From Trichosphaerium sp. ATCC 40318 (taxonomy: Eukaryota; Protista; Tubulinea), in the NCBI GenBank assembly GCA_038496445.1, contig JALMLS010000255.1, positions 372,001 through 436,000 of the forward strand: 64,000 nt of DNA, given 5' to 3'. A model generated the notes under the pieces. It ran no database searches. It was not told where the DNA came from and saw only the letters and a list, made by a program, of their open reading frames with translations. The translations under genes and the position numbers were made by a program. This document shows positions 49,625 to 58,849 of this stretch, in pieces (position 1 is the stretch's first letter; each line of letters begins with the position of its first letter).

Positions 49625-51247
49625 CTAAGTTGAGTCCCTTTGGTTAGTTGATAGAAGAGTAGTAGTTAGTATCAGAACTCTAACATCACCATATTTAAAC
49701 CCGTTCTTGTAAACACACAGTTCTTTCATTTGTCTGTTTGCATGCCATTCTTTACACTCTCCATTCTTCTTTCCGTTGGTCATTTTATAGTGTACTTTTA
49801 GGTCACCATAGTTATCCCATGTTTTATAGTCACCTTCTTTCTTATCATCTTTGTAGAAGCATCTCTCTATAACAGTTCCAAACTTAGAGTGGCAAACCTT
49901 CTCGCCATTCTTCTTGCCATCATCGTACATACACGTTTCCTCGATTGTTCCGTCCTCATACCACTTAGTAAACACTCCATTTGGTTTACCATCGACCCAT
50001 GTGCTCTTTTCTTTAACTGTTCCGTCGTTGTACCACTGCGTAACCTCACCATTCTTTTCACCGTTTGTGTACAGAATACTTTCTTCAATTTGTCCATTAT
50101 CGTACCACGTGCGATACTCACCTTCTAGTTTGCAACCAAAACTTGTATAGCTATATTGTAGCAGTCCATTCTCATACCATGTATTACGCAGTCCATGTAT
50201 AACACCGTTCTTGTACGTACTTTTTTCTTTGATTTGGCCGTTCTCATACCACTCATTGTACTCGCCATTTCTGTCACAATCGTTATAGTTACAATCTATT
50301 TGCAGACTTCCATCCGCATACCACTTTGTAAACACTCCATTTGGTTTGCCATCGACCCACGTGCTCTTTTCTTTAACTACTCCATCCTTGTACCACTTTG
50401 TACATGCACCATCCTTTTTGCCTTCCTTGTAAAAGCACCGTTTTATGAGTTGACCGCCTCCGTCATACCAGCTAATGTATCTACCGTTTTTCTTACCATC
50501 CTTGTAAAAAGAATGTTCCTTGTTTAGGCCGTTTTTAAACCGCTCTCTGTACTCTCCATTTTTTTCTCCATTAACGAAACTACAATCAAGTTTGCAATGT
50601 CCATTGGCATACCACTTTTGAGACTTTCCATTTTGTTTACCATCAGCCCACACACTGTATTCTTCAGGTTTTCCATTCTCAAACCATTTCTTACGCTCTC
50701 CATATAATATTCCGTTGATGCGCGTGTAGTCAACTTGAGGTTGTCCATCACTATACCACTTCTTACATATTCCGTTTATCTTGCCTTCTTTGTAAACAGA
50801 TTGCTCTTTGGTTAGTCCGTTCTCATACCACTCAAAGCATTCTCCATTCTTTTTATTATCCTTGTAAATAAGATGTGCGGCAAGTTGTCCATTCTCATGC
50901 CACTTTTTGTATTCACCATTCTTCTTGTTTTTTATAAAATAACAGTGTACATTCAGCTGTCCGTTCTCATGCCATTGTTTAAAAACGCCGTTCTTCTCTC
51001 CATCAATCAATGGATATTTAGAATGTACGTTGCCGCTGTTGTACCAAAACGTCCACATTCCGTTCTTATCAAGATAGTTATTGTAGTGTGTGCTGATTGC
51101 AGCTCGTTTAGATAGCGTATGAAACTTCTTAAAAGTTTCCTCATTGAATGAACATAAGTAGCGTTGGATATCTCTTGGCAGGTCTAATAACGCAGTAGGA
51201 GGCGCATTGACAATATTTTGGTACTTCCCAGGCTTGTTTGTACTCAT
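49625..51247 (-). CDS. Intronless protein with an N-terminal F-box-like segment and about 19 MORN-variant (YwqK-like) repeats, 540 aa
   Basis: LLDLPRDIQRYLCSF...FHTLSKR, then tandem KNGEYKKWHENGQL-type repeats; KEKSTWVDGKPNGVFTKWY occurs twice, 360 nt apart. Confidence 0.88.
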   Translation of the reverse strand: MSTNKPGKYQNIVNAPPTALLDLPRDIQRYLCSFNEETFKKFHTLSKRAAISTHYNNYLDKNGMWTFWYNSGNVHSKYPLIDGEKNGVFKQWHENGQLNVHCYFIKNKKNGEYKKWHENGQLAAHLIYKDNKKNGECFEWYENGLTKEQSVYKEGKINGICKKWYSDGQPQVDYTRINGILYGERKKWFENGKPEEYSVWADGKQNGKSQKWYANGHCKLDCSFVNGEKNGEYRERFKNGLNKEHSFYKDGKKNGRYISWYDGGGQLIKRCFYKEGKKDGACTKWYKDGVVKEKSTWVDGKPNGVFTKWYADGSLQIDCNYNDCDRNGEYNEWYENGQIKEKSTYKNGVIHGLRNTWYENGLLQYSYTSFGCKLEGEYRTWYDNGQIEESILYTNGEKNGEVTQWYNDGTVKEKSTWVDGKPNGVFTKWYEDGTIEETCMYDDGKKNGEKVCHSKFGTVIERCFYKDDKKEGDYKTWDNYGDLKVHYKMTNGKKNGECKEWHANRQMKELCVYKNGFKYGDVRVLILTTTLLSTNQRDST

Positions 51248-53014
51248 TAGGTAATATAGTTCTAAAAGTCGTCAAAAAAGATTACAAAAAAAAAAACATT
51301 CAATGAACAGAAAGTAGACGAAATGGTTTTGATTGATAGTGATGGTTTTCGAATTGTATTTAAGGTTGCTGTTATTGTTTCTGGTACTCATATGTCGTTG
51401 GTTGTGTACACTTGAAGTACAGAAACCTTTTAGCGAGCTCTTTCAGAGCAATACACTAAAAACACTTGACGTACGTTGTTTTGTAACAACTACAGTAAAA
51501 AGTCGATCTACGTCAAGTATCGCCAGTTGTTGCACGAGTAGTTTATTTTCTGGAAATTAAAAATCACTCACCCAATCGTTTAAGTAAGTGGTTACTCGCT
51601 TAAACAAAACAGTATTTATTCGCCTTTTGCTTGGTTTGGAGAAAAATAAAGCAGCGCAAGCGACTAAGATGATGTATAATGCCTACATGACACTCATGTA
51701 CTGCAAGTATAAGGCGAGATGTACTACGGAAGCGAAAATCAGAAGAACGGGCAGGAAGGTTGGCAAAGGCAAAGCCACGAAAGTGTCGAGCACTCGACCG
51801 AGACAGTCACGTGAAGAATAGACAAAACGTTATAAATCGATGATAAGATAGATCAAGGAATGCAACCGTGGTGACGGAGGGAAGGAGATAAACTATGTAA
51901 GGTTGGAACAGGTTTTTACGCCAGGGTTGGCTTTTCGTGTGATTGGGAGGTTTTCTGTAACCTTTTCCTCCATTTTTACTTTTTACTTTTACACCTATGG
52001 TCCTAGTGGCCGTGTCGGGGGTTTGGCGACTTTTTAAGCTACCTTATCTGCGCCCTGCAAGTCAACGCCAGACAATAAACAATAAACAAACATATTTATT
52101 CGCCTAGAATCAGGGAAGTGTACGGATATTAAGGGTAGCCACTTACAACAATACCAAATCAGCGTACGGTTACCTCTCCAGCGAAAGTTTGATTGGATAA
52201 AAATGTTTGGGAGTTTCTCCAGAACTTGTACGCTTCTCCAACTTATTGATTGTCTTTTTATCCACATAGCCTGTAAGTACGTAAGTCTAACATCACATGG
52301 CTGGAAGTGTACCTTTAATGGATGGTTTTCAAAGAGTACGAGTGACTAGTGTAGTGGTACATAGTACATTGCCGAACTGTTTTTGGGTTGTATCTGAACA
52401 AACACATTTAGAACATACATTCAGGGCAGATAGGCCACGCTGTGTATAAGCGATACAATGGATTATAGAATAGTAATTGGACAATGCAGGTAATTGTTTA
52501 CAAATCGGAATGGTGACATTGCCTACCTACCAGCCCTGATCGCATAGTTGGACATACCAGCATACACATTGAGCATAGGTTGAGAAAGTGCTATTGGGTG
52601 CAGGATCACAGAAAACCGTGGCAGTATCCAGCAAAAAAGTGCGGAAAAATAGGAGAAAGGTAAGAGAAATGAGAAGTGTAACGGAGAAAACACGTGTACA
52701 GCCATAAAAAGTCATTGTTTTCATCACTTCATTTCAACCTTCACGAGATAGAACATTGTAACGTGCAACAGCATACGTTACTATTCTCTGATTACATTTA
52801 ATCACGAGATTAATGATATCTCAATATGAACATTATGTATTCTCTGATTAATGTAGCAACCTTTAATAAACACGCTATCCTAAAACTAACGCCACATCTC
52901 TCCTACACGTATCCTCATCCTTCGTGTGCCCTGTAACGTTTCGATCATTAATGAGATTGTATTGACTAAACACAAAATCAGCGGTAGTAAAACTAAAAAT
53001 AACATTTTTACAGA

Positions 53015-54064
53015 ATGACTACAAGACACCTAGAAGAGACAATGCATATTCCAATGGAACTATTATTGCACCACGTAATCCCTCAAACTGTTAATAAGCT
53101 AGACGATGTTCTTTCGTTTATTTTAGTATCAAGAGCTATCCACAAAGCATTTTGCTCTGTAAAATCAGTACTGGAACCATTTTTAAAAATCGTTAATGTA
53201 GAAAGAGTACAATACCTTCTACTACACCAACCAGATCTCTCAAGAGCTCTAGAAGCCACGTACGAACCATGGCCTATGCTTTTATTACAACACAGCACAG
53301 ATTTATCGCTATTGAAGGCAATCAAACCATTCTTCGTGTCAACGGACGACCACCCAGACTTTCCACATGTATCCAAGGTTTCCACTGAAGGCACAAACAA
53401 AATGACGAGGAAAGCCTTTTTTTACATTGGGCGCAAAGATTTTTTGGTACAGTCGGGAAACTGGAGTATGAAGGTTGCTCCTAACCTTAGTATAATCGGT
53501 TATACAAAGGAAGAGAGAATAACTCCAATAGACTCACCTGCCAGTATTGATATCGAAGGGCCAAAAATAGAAAGTAAAGAGTACCATGAAAGGGTTTTAT
53601 TTATGAGCGGACTTATTGCTCACGGATTTATCCAAACGTTTCGTCGTATGAGAGATGACCACCCTAAACACAGCAAGTTTAGTTTGCGGAGAAGAGGGAT
53701 AACGTGTGATCTAGACGGCTTGAAGGAGCCTGCTAAGCTGCTGCCTTTAAAATTGAATTACAACGGAGATGAAAAGTTTGAGTTTTCGGGTATGTTCAGT
53801 ACGTTCAATGATATCGGTTTAGTCGGAGTTAGATTCAGAAGCTTTATGGTCGTAAAAGCTTCTAATTTTCATAGCGGTACTATCAATATTGGCGAGAAGA
53901 GCTACACAGTGATTAAAGTTTCAAAGGACGAAAATTCGTTTGTGTTTAAAACTGAGAATTTTATATTTACTGCTAGCTTATTCACAAGAGGTATAGTTCA
54001 AATGGCTAACGAAGAACAACCATCAGCTAACGAAGAACAACCATCACGATGCAAAATTGTTTAG
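53015..54064 (+). CDS. Intronless 349-aa protein with an F-box-like N-terminus and a C-terminal CaaX motif (CKIV)
   Basis: Long uninterrupted ORF; HIPMELLLHHVIPQ...DVLSFILVSRAIHK; ends SRCKIV*. Confidence 0.7.
   Translation: MTTRHLEETMHIPMELLLHHVIPQTVNKLDDVLSFILVSRAIHKAFCSVKSVLEPFLKIVNVERVQYLLLHQPDLSRALEATYEPWPMLLLQHSTDLSLLKAIKPFFVSTDDHPDFPHVSKVSTEGTNKMTRKAFFYIGRKDFLVQSGNWSMKVAPNLSIIGYTKEERITPIDSPASIDIEGPKIESKEYHERVLFMSGLIAHGFIQTFRRMRDDHPKHSKFSLRRRGITCDLDGLKEPAKLLPLKLNYNGDEKFEFSGMFSTFNDIGLVGVRFRSFMVVKASNFHSGTINIGEKSYTVIKVSKDENSFVFKTENFIFTASLFTRGIVQMANEEQPSANEEQPSRCKIV
54004..54045 (+). repeat. 21-bp perfect tandem duplication (ANEEQPS x2) just before the CaaX box
   Basis: gctaacgaagaacaaccatca occurs twice in tandem. 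Confidence 0.95.
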
Positions 54065-54311
54065 TATGTTTAAACGGACAGAAATGACCACACAAACCAT
54101 TCTTGCCTCGCTTGCATTATTGTTCCCCAACACTATTAGTTGGTCAATTAGTCATTAACAAGAATAAATTAGAAGTATTAGTATTGTCATGGATGCCCCT
54201 TTTCACATATGAGTGATATATTTTACCCACAGTAGTTTTTGTGGTTTTAAAAGTTGTCAAGAAGGTTGAAAAAATCAATCAAGTATTTTGTACATTTTTT
54301 TATTTCGTTTT

Positions 54312-55915
54312 TTACTGTTTCTTGACAACAAACTTGACCAAACTATAACACGCTGCGCCGATTACTGTAATTATAGTACCCAAAGTATTAAGTAATGTAA
54401 CTTTGGTACCAAACAATACAATGGATATGGCTATTGTTGTTAAATGCTTGATATTTCCAGCAATTGTGATGACAACTGCCGATGTCGTTTGTGACGCCAT
54501 AAAATTACTTAAAACAAAAGGTTAGCTGAGATTATGGTACAAGACTGTGTATGCAATATTTTAGTTCTTCTAGAAATTTGGCGAAGAAAACATAAGGTCA
54601 AACAAACCCAGAGAAGGGAAGGATAAATTTTGTAAAAAAACTTCAAAAAGTTGGTTCGTTTTCTTTTGGTTTAAAGTTGTTTACATAACACGTGCCTGTA
54701 ATTAAGTAGGAATGCTAAAAATCCATTCAAAGCCAGTATACCATACTCTAACATTGATGCTTCTGGAGCCCAGTCTTTCAACAAACGCTGGAATAATGTA
54801 AATAAAAAAAATAGTTTTTCCAAAATCAAGAATCGACTATAAAACGCACGCTATGTTCACCAAGTAAGAAAGCAGCAATAGTCATATTAATAAAAGCCCA
54901 ACCCTAAACCAACAGTCAATATTTTGAAACAACAAGCCAAAACAAAGCATGAAGACGCGAAATACAATTTTCCAACAAAAAAAAAAAATAGCAATGGCGG
55001 ACGTACTGATAGTCGGTTCAGAATATCCATAGGGTGAAATGAGAATTGTTTAATAAATTTCTGAGTCAATACAGATTTGCAAGAGGATAAGCAACAAACA
55101 ATCAATGTCAAAGTAAACCCAAGCTAATTGAATGTAAGAGAAGAGAAAAAAGAAAGTGTCAAAAAAAGTTGCTTACCGGATTGAACTCTGTGGAATGTTC
55201 GCCCATTGTAGCCATAGCTACACCAATAACAACTAAACCTATAGTGCTTATATGATATTTATTATATTTAGTGCCCAAGAAGAAATACGAAAGCATCATT
55301 GTAATGCCTAATTGGCACTGTCAGTTCAAACATGCCAAAAAAGGATTTCAAATTTTTTGTTTTTGAAGTTGTACTGTAAACTGTTTTGCGTACCAGGTAT
55401 TATTGATCTAACAACTTGATTTAAGCTTACTGTCAAATAATGAATTGATGTGTTACCAACAGCGATGTTTAAAGTAAAAATGAGTGAAAACAGGAATATA
55501 GTCCCCTGTTCGCGCAATGATAGTGTTTTACGTTGAAATGGTAGTATGCTTGTAAAAATCCACGTCGACGCCATGTGTATTGAAGACAATGTAACGGGGA
55601 ATGGAAAGCGCCAGTCACGAAAGAATTTCTGAGGTGTAACGTGTCAGTAAACGTAAACATTTGGTTTTTGAAAGTTTTTTGGTTTAAACACGTATTGGAG
55701 TGTATTAGCATTACAACAACGCGTAATTAAACGTATTTATGCATACCTTATTCATTAATGTAAGAGATATGTTTATACCAAACCAAACGATTAGCCATAT
55801 CCTTGGAAAGAACTTTGCTTTGGGTTCTACGCGATATTACGTCTTTTACGCTTGTTTTGTTATTAGTACCCTTTTCTCCTTTTTCGCCGTTTTTTGATGT
55901 TTTACCCGCTTCCAT
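54312..55915 (-). CDS. Triose-phosphate/nucleotide-sugar transporter family (SLC35E-like), multi-exon
   Basis: WFGINISLTLMNK, FPLHCL/LSSIHM region, LNIAVGNTSIHYLTVSLNQVVRSIIP and NGFLAFLLNYSNFMASQTTSAVVITIAGNIK. Confidence 0.9.
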
Positions 55916-57209
55916 GGACTCGAGAGCTAGAGTACAATCACTTTTTGATTAAAATAATAAAAAGAAACGAGGTACACTGGTTTGTATCGTTACGGTTTCT
56001 CATTGCAGCGAATCTCAGAATTGAGGTTGTTAACTCCAATCACTTCAAAAAACGACAGAAAGATTTTTTGTAGGTTCGCTTCATGTCATAGATTGTCAAG
56101 CAAAGCCCGCCCAAACCCCGTGTTTAACCACAAGTTGTTCCATGAACATTGTATGACGTGTGTCATAATCAGAAAGAGTCATTCAATGCCTGTTATTGTA
56201 CGGCTTGGGTACGTTTATAACTTTAGAAAATTCAGTTACAGAATCTAACCGAAATCGCAAGTGAAGAATATAAATGGCGTCTAAAAGCATCAATAAGAGA
56301 GTATCATGTAAATGCAAACGTGTTAAGAAGTACTTGAGGCACAAAGAGAGACATAAAACTCAAAATTGGCGTGAAGGCTATGAACTCGTATGCTATGGCT
56401 CGCAGCGTTGTCTAAACGCTTCAAGAATACCATTAACGGCATACACTTCTTACATCTGTAATGGTCCTAATTACCGTCCTAAATCATCTGTATATAAAAG
56501 ACACAGCCAGTGGTATCAAGGGCCGTTACTTAAGCGCTCTAATACATAGTACGAAAACCCAACAATCAAAAACTAACCTTTTTTTTATAGCATTTTTTAC
56601 ATGACGCAGCAATCGGATCAGCGGTCACGACGTCTTACGCCAAGACAAAAAAGCAAACAGATTAAAAAAGAAAAAATATTCAAATCAGATGACAGGCACG
56701 TGTGGTATTGCCAAAAACATCCAAAAAACGTGATTTTTTGTCATTTTTCTGCCAAAAGGGATGAACTTAGAACTTGATTTTCTTTTTCAAAAACTTCTTT
56801 AAATCATTATTCTCTAACTTCATTATAATAAGAGGTGGACAACATTGGAGATATACGTGTGTACGATGGAAGACTTTTCCGTTCAACCCTCGCAATCCTG
56901 GTAAGTGACACTGTTTGGGTTTTTTTAGTTTCTGTTTATAGCCTTTGGTCACGTTCTAACGTGAATGTAGATACATGGTTAGCATGATTGTAAAGTAACG
57001 GGAAAACTACCAAAAAGTTCCGTGTAATAAATAAGTACAAATTAATAACTTCCAAGATACCGTATTTCCTGCTTATATTATTACTTTTCACTGTTTGTAG
57101 TGAGAGTAAATCGTAAGGTGCGTTCCTTCTTTATGTTAAACATAGCAAAACTATTTTTCCGGTAGCGTCATAGTTAAGCCAAGTTGAATTTTTCATAAGT
57201 TCTACTAAG

Positions 57210-58348
57210 ATGGAAGACTCCCAACGAAAGGTAAGAGTATATACTCAATAAACTAGCTCATATTATACTACAAGAAGAAAGTGAGCTGCAAACGTAAAAC
57301 TTGGACATTTTTAGCAGAGCACCAAGTAATTTTGTCTTTGATTACAGTAACTATTGTTGTTTTTTCGTTTGCTGGCGTATTTGCTGCAGTAGAAGGTTCG
57401 TACCACTACAAAACAGCTCTTTTAAGATTATAGGCAGAGAAGAAAGGGAAGACGCTGGTACAGGAACTTTTCGGGCCAATGTAACATGGACTTACGGAAC
57501 ATCGCTTTACTTTTGTGCTATTACATTAACAACAATCGGATACGGCGATTTAAGCCCCCAAACAGGTATACCAAAAAACCCGAGACACGTGACAATTTAT
57601 ATTTTTAATTAATTCTTTTTAGTCCCAGGAAAGATTATATTACTCATTTTTGGTCCGTTGGGACTTGCTGCAACTGCATGGGCTCTTAGTAGTATATGTG
57701 ATGCTATTCTCACTTTTTCAGCTTGGAAGACAAGTGCTAAGAAAGGGTTCTGGGCTAAAGTAATGAAAAGCAAGACGTATTGTGCCTTGGTATGTTTAAA
57801 ATAGATTAGGAAAGTTTACTCACGGATATCTCTTAGGTCATGTACGTTGTGTTACTTCTTGTTGGGGCTGTTTTATTTGGCTATGTCGAAAAAGACGATG
57901 ATGGTAACAGATGGGGATTCTTCAATGGCTTGTATTTTACGTTTATAACCTTGACAACAATAGGTACACCAAGTTTTGTTGAGTTGATTTCCTAAATGAA
58001 ATTTAAGGTTATGGAGATTTCTCTCCATCTTCGACAGTTGGAAGAGTTTGTGTTATCTTCTTTGCTTTCTTTGGATTAGGTATAATAGCTTTCCTTCTTG
58101 GAGAGTGGGGACAAGCGCTTAGTAATAAGATAAACAAAAAAGCACACAAGCGGGCGAAGAAAAGGTAAAAACACATGCAATACTTCGCTCTTAATTTTTT
58201 TTACAGTGTTCCAATGACAGCACTTGCAGATGATATACTAGAGTTTGTAAAAAGTAAATCTAAGGAAGATGAAGATATTATGGAGGCTTTGGAACAAGCG
58301 CTTAAAAAAATACAAGGAGATATTGTGAGTACAGTACAGGAAGTTTGA
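57210..58348 (+). CDS. Two-pore-domain potassium channel (K2P), multi-exon; start codon uncertain
   Basis: Two pore loops (LYFCAITLTTIGYGDLSP and LYFTFITLTTIGYGDFSP) and four TM segments. Confidence 0.92.
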
Positions 58349-58849
58349 TACGAACATATTTTTGTCGAAACAAACAACATGTCAAATGTACATTTTTTCA
58401 ATTTTAACAATCTATTCTACAACATGCTTTCTTTGTCTTAACAGCAATATTATGTAAAAGATATGAAACCTAAATACACATCCCTTTGAGTGCCCTTGAA
58501 CGATTATAGAGTCCACTTTAAGCTAGTTTAGTTTCAATTTCTATCCGTTTTAATCAGTTACAACTTTGTAAAGAACCGTCATTACTATTCGCTCTCCAGG
58601 CGAATCTACTCAAACTTAGACCAAATGAGTAAGTTCTGTTTAAGATTCTATGATCAAAGTTGAAAGGTTGATCCCATGTCGCTGTGCGCTCTGATAGTAA
58701 GTGATTTCTGAAAATTTTAACCGAAAATTTGCAACTCAAGAATAAACCGTTAACATGATCAAATTTGTATGTATTTTATTATAACATATGATCATTTTGC
58801 AACTCATGGTGACTGTTAACAGATATCGTCATTGTGTAAATGCACGTTT

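Noticed and set aside
48998-50527. Plus-strand hydrophobic ORFs of 78-196 aa
   Set aside because: Antisense shadows of the MORN-repeat genes.
56274-56549. 91-aa basic ORF between the SLC35 and K2P genes
   Set aside because: No motif, homology or splice support visible; it may be real but cannot be supported from the sequence alone.
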